Below are positions 1 to 13,882 of a DNA stretch of 64,000 nucleotides, piece by piece. The position numbers were made by a program, and so were the translations under genes. Origin of the DNA: Pecten maximus (Eukaryota); contig NC_047018.1 in the NCBI RefSeq assembly GCF_902652985.1, positions 41,478,001 through 41,542,000 on the forward strand, given 5' to 3'. Under the pieces are notes generated by a model. The model was not told where the DNA came from. It worked only from the letters and a program-made list of their open reading frames with translations, and did not search any database. The stretch's first letter is position 1, and the number at the start of each line of letters is the position of its first letter.

Positions 1-404
1 AATTGATCTTGAGACAAAAATCATTTGAAACATGTTTGAGCTTCAATGGTTTTATATAAAACTTTTTGAACAGAAATTCATTTCAAAGCATTTGTGAAAT
101 TTCAGTTATGGCCAACAGATTCAGTAATGAGTTTTTGCACTACTTATGTACAGTGATTTTGCTAAAGTTACATGAACTTGAACCGGTGTGTATTACACAC
201 CAATTACAGCAGAGATTCTTATCAATGTCATTTCTCAAATTGTTTAATTGAAGTATTTTAAGAACTACCATCCTTATAAAATGCATCTGTAAGCAAGGAA
301 AGTAAACTCAAATTTTATTACTGGGTTAAGGCTAAGTAATATACTACTTATTTACATTTTCATCATAATCATATTTTGCAACACTACTATTCTACCATAA
401 CTAA

Positions 405-800
405 TATATGTCAACATACTTAAGGCTGTATGCTACTATAGCTAACATCATACCATACTTAAGGCTGTATGCTACTGTAACTAGTACGTTACCATACTTA
501 TATGCTACCATAACATAATATGCTACCATACTAAAATGGCTGTCATATTGTAACCATAACTTAAATATGTTACCAAACTTAAGGCTGTATGCTACCATAG
601 TTAATATATGTTACCGTATTTAAGGCTGTATCCTACCTTAACTCAATATGTTACCAAACTTAAGGCTGTATGCTACCTTAACTTAATATGTTACCATACT
701 TAAGGCTGTATGTTACCATAGTTAATATATGTTACCATACTTAAGGCTGTATGCTACCATAACTTAATATACTACCATACTTAAGGCTGTATGCTAGCTA
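405..800. repeat. Minisatellite, ~39-41 bp unit (TACCATACTTAAGGCTGTATGCTACCATAACTTAATATGT-like), about 9 degenerate copies
   Basis: TAAGGCTGTA recurs at 421, 460, 580, 621, 661, 701, 742, 782. Confidence 0.9.
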
Positions 801-3249
801 CCAGGGCTTTTTGCCATTACTTAATGCCATAATGCTTCATTATGAGTATTTTGCCATATTTAAGGCTGTACTCATATTTTGCCAAAATTTTTACTATGAT
901 TATAGGGTATCACTTTGAAATTATTTCCATAACCAAAGTTCTCTGTACTGAGAACCTGAAGTACCTGTACAATTGAGCATTATCCTACAATAAAATATGT
1001 TGTAGACAACCTAATTGAGAGTATTGTGAGGTCAAAATAGCTTAATGGAAAATTGTGAACATTTTGTTAATGACTATAGTTCTCTTAATGGAGTAACTCT
1101 TGGCTTAGTTGTGTTACAAAAATAACAAAATACTAAATTTAAAAGTGGTGACTGAAATAACAGATTAAACTGGATTTATAAGTAGGTGCTGAGAAGATGT
1201 TATAATTATAGGTATTTTAGAAAATATGGTATTAAGTTTATCAAAAAGGATGTAATTATGAAAAATATGGTTATTGTCAGAGGGGAGATTAATCAGAAAG
1301 ATATATTGTAGTTGTCAGATGGGATTTAACTGGGGAAGTATGGTAGTTATCACGGGGAGGTAATTGGTGAAAACAGAGTTGTTATTTGGTGTAAAATGGT
1401 ATTTATCACAAGGGGAGGTAATTAGGAAAAGTAGGTTGAGTTATCAGTGGAAAGGTAATTGGAGAAAGTATGGTAGGTTTCCCATTACTCCAATCAAGTA
1501 TGCCTCAGTATGAGTTATTGGTAACAAATACAGACTGACAGCTGATTATCAGTGATCAAGACACAGGAAGACTGATAACTGACCAGGAGGGGTAGATACT
1601 GACCAGTGGGCAGTGGGAGGAAAATACTGACCACTGCCAGGACACATGGAGGCTGATAACTGGCCAGGAGTGGGGGATTACTGACCATTACGCAGTGGGA
1701 GGAAAATACTGACCGGGACATGACTGACAAGACTGGCTCCTGTCTCTAGAATATTAATATCATAAATAAAATTGAGCTTTATGATTTTGGTCTCAGGGCT
1801 CTGTCTGATTCCTCCACTGATTCAACCTAAGGGGAGACAATCTGGATATCAGAATATAGCTGTAAGCAGTAAGGGGAGCACTGACCAGTATGTGATAATG
1901 AATGTTTGGTCAGAGAAGTATTGACCAGAGACCCTAGAGCAGGGTGGTCAGTTTTACTACTGACCATTAGCATAGAGTTTTTAGCCCCTGATGCTAATTA
2001 GGGATGTAGATTTTTGGAATACTCTGTAACTGACCATGAAGACCAATTTAACCAGAACGGTTTGGCATTGCTTTCCAGTTTTAATCAGAGGGAGGTTTGA
2101 ATTCAAACACCTCCAGAGGAGTACACAAGACACTGTAGATTCCCTGCATACTGGAGAATTTGTTCTGGGATACCAGCAGGTGTACATTGTGACATACATG
2201 GCATTCTAAAGTCTAAGCAAATGGAGGAGTATCATTAACTAGCTGGCATTTTCTGCATTATTTTGAATTAGGAGGAAATTAGGAGGAAATTGGTGAGATG
2301 TGGTGCATAGGTGCAATAGGATATAGGAAGGCAATTTAAGGGACTAAAGAGGGACATATCTGTGTCATAAGATGAATGGGGTTATATATATATATATATA
2401 CTGTATATCGGCAGGGTCTTGTAAGTTACAGTTGAAAAGATGATCAGAATTTGTGGGGAAACAAAAATTCTTCCTGGATTGACCTGCAATGGAGTAAGCA
2501 CAATAATGCATCCATCTTTTCAGCCCATTTTGAAATTTTCAAAGTAACTTGCTGAAGCAAATCCTGTGTAAAACCATAATGATTTGGGAAAGATGCTGTG
2601 AGGAATAGGGTAGATAAAAGGAGGCTCACAAGGAGGGGGAATCGAGGAAAACCTCATTTTGTGCTTCATCCAAGATGAATCATATTTCACTGCCATGAAG
2701 TCATACTGAAGCATGATTGATTGAAAGGAAACAAAGTGTTATGTTTCCCATCAGACAAGAAAAAATAAATATTTCATTAAAATGAAATAAAACAAAAACA
2801 CATTACAGTTATGGTGAAGATTATCTGAGAGTTAGAATAAAACAACAGTTTTGTCATCTGTTTAGTCACTTCGAATTTTGAAATCATAACTCTGTGATAA
2901 TGATTAAGACGCTAGAAATGAATTTAACAGTACAGAGTAAAATAAACTCAGAGGACTTTTAAAAGTATGTGTTCAAATATAATTGATATATCAGCTAGAT
3001 AACGATGAATTTATAATAAATCAAAATGGTATAAGACATTAGTTATCCTAAAATAAGCCCATGGGGCCAACACATTTTACCCTATAACTAAGGGGCAGGC
3101 TTATCGAAGGCCAATGAAAGCATTGTTTTTTATATCTAAATGGATAGGCATACTTTCATAAATGGGCTTATTACCATATAAATGCAGTAGTTTGAAGAAA
3201 AGGGTCAGTGCCTACATGTATGCGGCACTAATGAGTCATTCAACAGGCA

Positions 3250-4800
3250 AGTTTGACATCTCTGCTGGTCCATTACACTAGTTTGACATCTCTGTCAGAC
3301 CATTACACTAGTTTGACATCTCTGTCAGTTCATTACACTAGTTTGACATCTCCATTACACTAGTTTGACATCTCTGTCGGTACATTACACTAGTTTGACA
3401 TCTCTGTCAGACCATTACACTAGTTTGACATCTCTGTCAGTCTATTATACTACTTTGACATCTCTGTCTGTCCATTACACTAGTTTGACATCTCTGTCGG
3501 TCCATTACACTAGTTTGACATCTCTGTCAGTCCATTACACTAGTTTGACATCTCTGTCAGACCATTACACTAGTTTGACATTTCTGTCAGTCCATTACAC
3601 TAGTTTGCCATCTCTGTCAGTCCATTACACTAGTTTGACATCTCTGTCAGTCCATTACACTAGTTTGACATCTCTGTCGGTCCATTACACTATTTTGACA
3701 TCTCTGTTGGTCCATCACACAAGTTTGATATCTCTGTCGGTCCATTACACTTGTTTGACATCTCTGTCAGTCCATTACACTAGTTTGACATCTCTGTCGG
3801 TCCATTACACTAGTTTGACATCTCTGTCAGTCCATTACACTAGTTTGACATCTCTGTCAGTCCATTACACTAGTTTGACATCTCTGTCAGTCCATTACAC
3901 TAGTTTGACATCTCTGTCAGTCCATTACACTAGTTTGACATCTCTGTCAGTCCATTACACTACTCCGACATCTCTGTCGGTCCATTACACTTGTTTGAGA
4001 TCTCTGTCGGTCCATTACACTAGTTTGACATCTCTGTCTGTCCATTACACTAGTTTGACATCTCTGTTGGTCCTTTACACTAGTTTGACATCTCTGTCAG
4101 TCCATTACACTAGTTTGACATCTCCGTCAGACCATTACACTAGTTTGACATCTCTGTCAGACCATTACACTAGTTTGACATCTCTGTCCGACCATTACAC
4201 TAGTTTGACATCTCCATTACACTAGTTTGACATCTCTGTCCGACCATTACACTAGTTTGACATCTCTGTCAGTCCATTACACTAGTTTGACATCTCTGTC
4301 AGTCCATTACACTAGTTTGACATCTCTGTCAGTCCATTACACTAGTTTGACATCTCTGTTGGACCATTACACTAGTTTGACTGACATCTCTGTTGGTCCA
4401 TTACACTAGTTTGACATCTCTGTCGGTCCATTACACTAGTTTGACATCTCTGTCAGACCATTACACTAGTTTGACATCTCTGTCAGACCATTACACTAAT
4501 TTGACATCTCTGTTGGTCCATTACACTAATTTGACATCTCTGTCAGTCAATTACACTAGTTTGACATCTCTGTCAGTCCATTACACTAGTTTGACATCTC
4601 TGTCAGTCCATTACACTAGTTTGACATCTCTGTTGGTCCATTACACTAGTCTGACATCTCTGTCAGTCCATTACACTTGTTTGACATCTCTGTCAGTCCA
4701 TTACACTAGTTTGACATCTCTGTCAGTCCATTACACTAGTTTGACATCTCTGTCGGTCCATTACACTACTTTGACATCTCTGCTGGTCTTTTTGACATCT
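3250..4800. repeat. 30-bp tandem array (CCATTACACTAGTTTGACATCTCTGTCAGT), about 50 copies, intronic in TIKI
   Basis: Directly visible 30-bp periodicity; produces the spurious TSLTSLSVHY ORFs. Confidence 0.97.
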
Positions 4801-7800
4801 CTCCTGGTATGTTATGTGGGGCATGTGAACTTGTATAAGTGTACTATATTGTTACTTTACCCATGCATTTTCAAAACATTATCATGCACAGAGTCCCTCT
4901 TATCAAAGTAAAATGGTAATAATAAAAAACATTAAAAAAAAAGCTTTCGCAAAAAGTGAGCCGATGGCCAAAAGAGAAAGACAAAGGGAGGTAATCTTAT
5001 TAGAAACAATAAGGGTTGGAAGAGGTTAAAAAGAGAGGAGAGCATTTAGGATCAACAAGGATCTGAAGAGGGAAAGTCAATACATGAATAGTGGAAGGAA
5101 ATTGAGGCAGGGGATGACCAAATGAACCAAGGGCCTAAAGAAGATACCAGGAACACCACCCAAACAGAAGGTGGTTTTGAGGAATTTGTTGGGGTATAGA
5201 CAGAAGGCTACCGAGACCTACTTAGATTGAAAATTGAGAACTGATAACTTTTGCAGTCAGTGTATAGATGGCTGAGGTGCTAGTTGCCAATTCAATACAA
5301 TGCTAGGTAAACAGTTTCCAGAACATTAAATGCTGGAGCCATACCTGTACCATAGGCCTGTGGTCTGGTATATGTGATTGGGACACGATGGTTGTATAAA
5401 CACCCACTACACCACCGATTTCTGTTTTAGAGATTTTGGCACCGATCACACCGATACTTGGCTGTGCCGACCAGTTACATGACTTGAGATGAAAATAACA
5501 CTAAAGTTTACACTGATTTCTTGTCATTTCCTTTTCTTTCATCTTAAGAGGCCTAGGCTGTTCCAATGATTACAGTACCTATAGCCTCTGCTGTTAAAAT
5601 GTCAGATTGCTAAATAAGCTATTTTTTCCTTTCCAGAAATTTTGTAGATAACCTGGAACTTACCCGCACTAAAAAAAAAAAAAAATATTAAACACCTTCC
5701 TTCTTTGTTTTTTTTTTCTCTCAAATTTACTTAACAAACTAGGTCTTAGGTTGTTCCTGGAAAATAAAGGGAGGGGGGGGGGGGGGGGGGGGGGGGAACA
5801 GATGCAGGTACAAACATTTCTTTCTCAAGAAACTTCAGTCAGGGAAAAAAAAAACCAGATTCACATCATAATAAATTATTCCAAATTTACAACTATTTGC
5901 TCAATTCTCCACACAAAACACCAGGATTCTTTTCCCGAAATAGCTACAAAAGCCCTAATGCTACAATTAAAATATATTGCAAATTGCTTTGAGAGGGGAG
6001 ATAACCCTGTTGAGTAGTTTGATCCTGTGTCATAATTTTAATATTTTCATTTTCTTACCAGCTATCTGATTATTTGGAAAATTATATAGTAAACTTAAAA
6101 GAAATATTTTCACTATCGCTCTAAATATTCAAAATAAAAGTGATACAAGTCTTTAAAAATATTATACGAATTACGATTAGAAATTCTTGCCCAGCTGATG
6201 GGAGTTACGGAATATCATGAAAAAGTACTGTTAAAACAACTATTGGCTAGAAGCACCTGCTGATGGCCTATCTTAGCTAAGTAGGCCTCGATCATCGGTT
6301 AGATTAAATCTCACATATTTTTGTACAAATGAGAATAAACTTGGTGAACTCAACACCATGCAATATTGCTCTCTGGATTTTAAAGAACTCGAAACTAATA
6401 AATTCCTAATGAAAACAATGTTTTTTTACATCCATGAAATGAGAGCTATTATTCTAGGATACCAGAGGGTATACTGTATTGATGGATCTCGAGTTTTACG
6501 TAGTATTTAACATCTAGGATATCAATTACTTTTCTGTTCTACTTTTGTAAAACATTGGTGTAAAAAAAGCATACACCTTGCTAGGAAGGGAAATTAAAAT
6601 CCCATTCTAGATTAGTGTGTATAAATTGAAGACTTAAAAATTCAATAACAGTAAAAATTTGAGACCAGACAGACGTTGCCCTGGAACAGACTATTGTGTT
6701 TTGATGTTGGGCTGCTGTAGGCTGTTTAGGGAGTCAGAATATTTTTTTTCTTGGCTGTGTCGCTTTAGATTTGATTTACCTGTGGGGTGCATTTGTCATA
6801 ATTTGATACTGGAATGCAGTTTAGTCTTTGATCTTTCCTGTTTCAACAGGTAAACATTATAATCTGTAGCTTTAAGCATGCTCCATGCTGCTTCTGTCGC
6901 GATCGTTGTTGACAGCTTATATATTTTGTGGTCAGCAGTCAGTCATATCATATCTGTTTTAAGTCTGAGGACTGGAGACAGTGTCTTCTTATACAATCAA
7001 ATGACATGAAAAAATGGATGTTATGTATCAAAAAATGTAATATTCAAATGTCCTTTTGCCCAAGACATATATATTCTACATATTTCACATTCTTGTAAAA
7101 TATTACAAAACTTTTTTTTGTGTCATGGAGTTAATCAGTACACTGAAGTCCTCCCATTTGTGTTTTAATGTTAATTTTGCACCATTTAGATTTTTTTTTG
7201 ATTTTTTTTCCACCAGTCGTTTTAGAACTACTGAAGGGTCCTGGAAGGAAAAAAGAGCTCCATGTGGCAAGTGATAGAGGGCTAATATAGGCATTAGCCC
7301 GTTGCCCAATATCCATTAAATTATTTGTCAAATGAAAAAATGAAGTGCAGTTTTTTATTTATTCTTAAGCACAATAATTAATACATCTGTCTTTAACCCA
7401 TAGTTCAAGTAGCCTTTTCCCTTGATGGCATTTGTACCTACAGCCACTGTATCAGATTTTAAGGCTAATCCGGGGTGGTACATTTTATGCTAAAATGGGA
7501 ACAAAAAATATCCGGGGGTTGGGGAAGTTGTGGGATGTCTATAATATGTATATCAAGATTTGATATGTTTTTCCTTACTTGGTTGGGCATGGGTGGGGGG
7601 TCAAATATACTTGTAATTGACAGTTTTGTGCACTCATTATATATTTTCACTACACAGATTGATAAAATTAAAATTGAAGGTTTTTGGTTGGTGGGTTAAC
7701 TTTTATGGGGAGGAGGGGGTACCTTTTTGTAGGGTATAAAAATACTCTGGTACAGGAAGTACATATTATGCATGACACCGGACAATGGAAACGGTGTAAT

Positions 7801-8925
7801 TAACTAAATGATATGGCCATGCACTCTTAAAACAAGTTTTTAACAAATTTGACTATTTAGAATTTGATGTATAAGGTCTCATTATATTACTATTTGATAA
7901 GTTGAAAAAATTGAGACTTCCTAAATTTATAATTAAAATCCACACCTGATACATTACAGGTATAGTGTTAGAAGTTTGTGATATTGGTAAGTGATATCCA
8001 GCTGTAAATTTCAAAGACTTCATTCTCTATGTAATATAAAAACATATTTTTTAACAGAAACATAATCTGTGTTAAATGATTACAATGTTTACCTATTTAC
8101 ACAAGAAACAATGACCTGATTTCTATTTCATCATTGTACATACTAGTTAGAAAGTTACCAAGTACGTACAATATGAGCTCAAGTGTTTAGATAATTACAT
8201 CCTCAAAATTTTTGATGAAAACTATTAAGGAGGAGTTGTCCAGAAAAAATCTTTTATGCAAACAGACTGATAATTTATTCTTATTGCGATTACCATACAT
8301 TAAAAACATTGTTTGTTGAATACTGGAATGTGGTTCTAAACACTGTATGTGATGTTTCTATTGTGCAAGAATAGGGTCATCTGTCGGGTGACAGTGACCT
8401 TTTTGCACTACATACAAGCTAAAAAGTCCCATTTCTTTACAATACCATATTCTACCTAAAACCATGTTAGTACACTAGTGCACTATGTGCTTAAAAAAAT
8501 TCACGAAATAAATGTACTGAGAAAAAATTCTGTATGAGAATTTTGCATTATTTTTTTATGCCCCTACCATGAAATTTTTTTTTGGGGGGGGGGGGGCATA
8601 AATTGTTACCCATGATCGTCTCGTCGAATCTCGTCCTGCCACGTCTGGACGCAATGAAACTAGCTAGTCTCAAGAACTGCTAATGCGATCCTCACCAAAT
8701 TGTGTTACAGGGTGTCAACTGGCAGTGGGGGGATTATGTCTTACAGATATTTTCAATTTTTTTCATCATTTACATGCTTTTACATACTTTTTATTTGTTT
8801 CAATTAGTTCAGCTATCTTCTTCCTGAAAAAAGCTGGGGATGCACTTATAGGAGCAGGTGTGCTTAGTTCAAATATGGTACATTTGACCATGTTAGTAAT
8901 CTTTTGTAAACTTTGTTTGTTGTAG

Positions 8926-11285
8926 GTCATTTCCTTGGAAACAACACAATTCTTGACCGACTGTGGGAGGAAGGGTACAGGGTGGAGCATACACCCGCAG
9001 ATAGCATCATTCCAAAGTAAGTCATCATGGACCAGCATCCATTTAATCTGTATAGAACTTAAGGGTGTATGCTGCATCTATTCCTACATAAATGTACAGC
9101 AATTTGGGTTAAGAGTTATCTCCCTTGAACAACTTATAACGATATTTACAAGTCTTAATTCATTCAGAATAAATCTGAGGTTAAAGAATTTTACACACAT
9201 ACTGTGCTCCAGTTTCATCAATGCCCCTTAACTTCAGGAAATTCCTTAACTTAACCATAGGAAAACATATATTTAACGAAAACACCTTATTTAAGGAACT
9301 TTCCTTAAATTTTATCAGCAATTATTTTCCATGATAAAATTAAGTTAATAAGTTTCCTTAAATTAAGAATATTGATGAAACTGTCCTCTTATATTTGGTT
9401 TAGAGTTATCTCCCTCTAATTTCTTTGAAAATGCTTCACTGGTCATTATCCAGAACAAGTGAATAAGTGTTATTAGCTACGTACATTATCAGTTCTTGTA
9501 AAATGCAATATTTATGATATGTACTTGACAGTGTCACAGTAAGGTATTACAAACCCTTAAATTATCATTAGCGTTTATCTATCCAAGGGAGATAACTGGT
9601 TAAGAAAAAATTACAGTTGATTAAAGTTCTAAATTTTCTTATTCTTTTTTTTGCAGACATAAAAATTCTAATAAGCATCATGGAAAAAATCATAGGAAGA
9701 AAGGGAAGAACACGTCATTTCCAAATTATGACAGTTTTAGTGATTTCTGGTTCCAGTTAGAGTCAGACACAGATTACAGGTAAGTACAGAAGGGCTTTAG
9801 ATATATCTGGAATTAAACTTTATCCCAAGACTAAGATGACAACTGTATTTCTAGAGCCACTGGAATTAAAGTAGAATTTTGATTTACATTTAAATATCAG
9901 TGGCTTAATCTTGAAAACCACTGACATTATAAACCTGTGCTAAGGGGGTTGATCTGATATTTTTCTGTTTTTGTTTTTGTTTTTTTGTTTTAAATCTTTA
10001 TTGATGGGAGGGGGGGGGGGGGGGGGGGGATTTATTCCAGGTACCTGTAACAGCTGGCCAGTGGGTGATTAAGAATGTAATTATTTAGGCTAACTAACTT
10101 TTATAGTTCAGTTAAAATGCTTACGAATACTGTTTCATTGTCCAGCAATAAGCCAACCCCCAACTTAGATTCAAAGTTTGTGTGGCAAATTTTCTCCAAG
10201 GCATATTTGGGAATAAGGTATGTTTGGAAATTCTTTGTTCTTTGTTTAAATGAAATTTCTGTCAAAATTAAAGTGGATGATATACAATTGTAAAATGAAT
10301 TCTTTGTTGCAGTGATTGGTTAAAGAAGAGGGATAAACACAGAAAGAAAATCTACAATCGGTATAAGGAAAAACCTTTTAACGACCTCTGGGTAAAGATG
10401 GATGCAGAAACGTATGTATAAAGTGTATACTTCGCAAAAAATAGAAAATACGACACCATTAATACCTTTCTGTTTTTAACAATGTAGCTATATTTTAGTT
10501 GAACTTAATAATGTTGGCAAAGTATGAGAATAACTCTGAACAAGAGTAAACATAGAGTAAACTGGTATGGTAGACCATCAGTCTTCTATTGAAGATTAGC
10601 GAATGACTCTTAGGCTGCAGAACTAGGCAATACGGAGGTAATACTCACAGGTATGAAAACTGGTCTGCACGGTTCTGTAGTCGGAATTATGAGAGTGAAG
10701 TTTAGACCTCTCGTGGAAGCGATGTTCAATCAGGGGAGATAACTCCCAGAATTTCAATTCATGTTTCACCTGGGTGCCAAGGTCAATTGGTCAATGCCAC
10801 AGTTACTGTTTATAGAAAATCTTTGTCATTACTCTAGCAACTTCATTTCGAAACAGAATTTATATCAAACTTCACATACATTTGTATTGGTCAAAGTATA
10901 AGAATATGTACCCCAAACAAGTTTGTGTTGGCGCGCACATTGGGAAATATCATTTGCGATGCGTCGTTTTGTTTTTTATTAGATTGTCACATTCTTTAGC
11001 AAAAAGGAATTAATTCTTACTTAGCTATATATTTCTGTACTTAGTTATAAACATTGATGTTAGAATATATCTTTATGAGCAATGGTTTATCATTTCAGAT
11101 CTGATTTGATGAATCAGTTAGCTGAGAGATATATGTCCTCAAAGGGAGTCACTCAGGAACAGACTATCAGTGAGGATCACCATGGTTACTCGCATGGTAA
11201 CAGACTGTCGCCATGGCAACCATCATGGTTATGGACTTTTGTATTAGTGCTTAATGTGATACAGTACCTGGTTCATTCCTGTTAG
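8926..11285 (+). CDS. TRABD2: Metalloprotease TIKI homolog (TraB/PrgY family, TRABD2A/B-like), last four coding exons: 8926-9016, 9657-9779, 10313-10411, 11099-11285; upstream exons not found in the window
   Basis: All exons bounded by AG/GT with consistent phases (entered in phase 1, then 2,2,2). First exon reads GHFLGNNTILDRLWEEGYRVEHTPADSIIPK, the TIKI GAGHFLGNNT motif; later FNDLWVKMD motif and a hydrophobic C-terminus (WLWTFVLVLNVIQYLVHSC*). Confidence 0.88.
9209..9382. mobile_element. Small MITE-like inverted-repeat element in a TIKI intron
   Basis: CAGTTTCATCAATGCCCCTTAACTTCAGGAA at the left end versus TTCCTTAAATTAAGAATATTGATGAAACTG at the right end (imperfect terminal inverted repeats). 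Confidence 0.55.
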
Positions 11286-12416
11286 GTCATGCGTCTTTCA
11301 AAATGGCCGCCATGGGCAGACGGTCATTGCTGATTGGATGAGAGGGCAGATGGTCACGGATGATTGAATACCTGTGTTATTAGACAATAGTGGGGACTTC
11401 GGAAATGAGGGTCATGACTTTGGAATGAAAAGATCACAGAGTGCCAAGTGATTACAAAATATAATGTTACATGCATGAATTGGTTAAATATATATAATAA
11501 AACAACCTTGAGAGATTGACCTAATGACCTTGTGAAATTTGTAAAACGACCTTGAGAGATTTACCTATGACCATGTAAATTTGTGTTACATCGACCTTGA
11601 GAGATTTTCCTTATCACCTTGGGAAATATATGTCTAATGACCTTGACCTTAAGGTTGACATGTTAACCTTAAAAGGTTGATATATTTACCTTGAGAGAAA
11701 TAACTTTGAGAGGTTAAACTTCTTTTTTTTCTTTCTTCTAATGGTTTTTTACAAGAGTTAAATTTTTCAAAGTTTTCTTTGCTTAATTACTTCTAAACTA
11801 TAAATTTTCAAATTTGTTTTCTATTTCTATTTACCAGACAATGAGCCGTCGAGAAATATCAACTTGTCTGATGCTGAACTGTTTTTAACTCCACCAGTCG
11901 GCATTGTCTATTTCTTGCATTAATTAATTATTTTAATGATCCGCTGTGTTCGTTTTCTGTATATTTGGTACACCTTATAGTATGTCAAACTTATCAGTAC
12001 AATGATACTGTTATCATTGTTTTTGTGTGCATATAAACAGAAAGCCCGAGACGGGCAAAATGATATTTCCCACATTTATTTTCACAATTATCATTTTCCA
12101 TTAATGGCATAATGTTATAGCTGTTTTGTTATGGTCATCCAAACGCCACAACCCTGTGATAATGTGTATTTGATGGATGTTCATTGTGTATGTCATAATG
12201 TAATATTGTTTTTTTTTAATCTTATTTGTAATTAATTGTATATAATAATATATATATATATTGTAAAGCATTATGTCAAATTCCTACATTTTAAATTTGA
12301 CAAAATGAAAACTTAGTTAATAGAATATAAAATGAAAGACTTTGTCCTTTACTGTACAACATATGATATTGTAAACATCAAAAAATGAGAAGTGTTATTT
12401 GAGGTTGAATGGATTA

Positions 12417-12745
12417 AGGAATAATTAGATTATTATTTCAAAATCTATGCATCTTAATGTATTTTCGACTTTATTGTCAGAAGGTACGTATTTTACCAAT
12501 TAGTTATTGAATATTCAGTATGACTTTTACTCATTGAATATTCAGCAGAATTTTACTTAATGAATATTCAACAGTACATTTTTTAGGCTTTGAATATTCA
12601 ACAGAAAATTACTGTAAAATTTAAAGTAAAATTCAACTGCATATTCATGAATTCTGTCATATATTTATTAACTGAATTCTGCTGAATATTATGAACTAAT
12701 TGGTAAGAAAAAGATTATGATGGAGATACTATCATTAAATTCTTT
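12417..12745. mobile_element. MITE-like inverted-repeat element downstream of the TIKI stop codon (possibly in the 3'UTR)
   Basis: TTACCAATTAGTTATTGAATATTCAG (~12493) versus CTGAATATTATGAACTAATTGGTAA (~12681), with internal GAATATTCA repeats. Confidence 0.5.
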
Positions 12746-13882
12746 TTCCATATCATAAGAATATATCAACAACCAAATTGTTATGATCTTTTGAATATCC
12801 CAATATTGTCTTTGAGACCTTTCTATAAGTTTAATAATGCATATAAGTTTCAAATCAAAATCTTCCTTATATCCATCTGGTCATGTTCATCAGAAATTAC
12901 AACATTGTTTTTTCGAAGACTCCCTTTCATAAATTTTATGAATTTCCATAACCATATCGTAACATTTTTTTTCTCACACACTCTTTTTTTTTATGTTCCA
13001 TATTTTATGAAATGAAAAAATTTCTCCCTCCATGCCCTTTAATACTCTCTAAAACCTTGCTCATTCATATACTCATGCTACAGGGTCAAAACTTTGGGGT
13101 AAAAATGGATGAGGTGGGGGGGGGGGGGGGGGTTGTCAGGGTATCTTTTTTTTATCTTCTTGACCCTGTTAGATATTGTTTTTGATATTGTTATAAATGG
13201 TATGAATTTATTGTCGCAGACTGGTGCTGTGTATCTCCTATTAAAAGCGTTTTACGAAACATCAGCATTAATTCCACATGCCAATGTCACTGTTCTTTTA
13301 GGCTACGAGTAACTTCATTGTGATTTTTGTATTCCTGTTCCATTGTCGAATCTTAATTGTCCGTGGCTTGAATATGAATGACGGACTGAAAATAATCAAT
13401 ACCTAATACAAGGATTCAAATATAATTTTCTCGGTCGTTTCAGAAGCATATTATCGGGAGCAGGGGGACGAGACGATTCTCCTGACTTAGAATTAACATG
13501 TAGAGACTGAATATGTTTGATCAGTTTTATTGGGTTGAAGCTGATAAAAAAATGCCTTCATAGTCAGTCACAGGAAAATATGAAATTCTTGGTCTCTAGT
13601 GACACCGATATCATTTAATTGTAATATAATAAGGACAGAATTGTCCTTTCTATGTTGGAAAATCTGACAATTCTAATTAAATATGCTAGCTCCCTTCTAC
13701 AGCCATAATTGTCAGTCGGGAGTCTGAGGTGCCACTGGGAATTTTTTGGCAACGACTGATAATCATTAGTGTTCAGTATCATATAAACCAGACTTCATCC
13801 ACGTTTATAAATAGAGAAATTGGCTCATCAATCTAAAAATTTACCATAATTTTTCTGCCAGTAGGAGCAATGGTCTCCATTT

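Noticed and set aside
3250-4800. CRISPR-like regular repeats
   Set aside because: Units are contiguous with no unique spacers, there are no cas genes, and the context is eukaryotic
3365-4911. Long Thr/Ser-rich ORFs (TSLTSLSVHY)n resembling a mucin or antifreeze protein
   Set aside because: By-product of a 30-bp satellite: no ATG start or signal peptide, frame breaks, and located in a TIKI intron
8840-8862. GGAGCAG|GT as the preceding TIKI exon ending in ...GA
   Set aside because: Upstream codons do not give the expected FFFAF motif and the sequence looks repeat-derived
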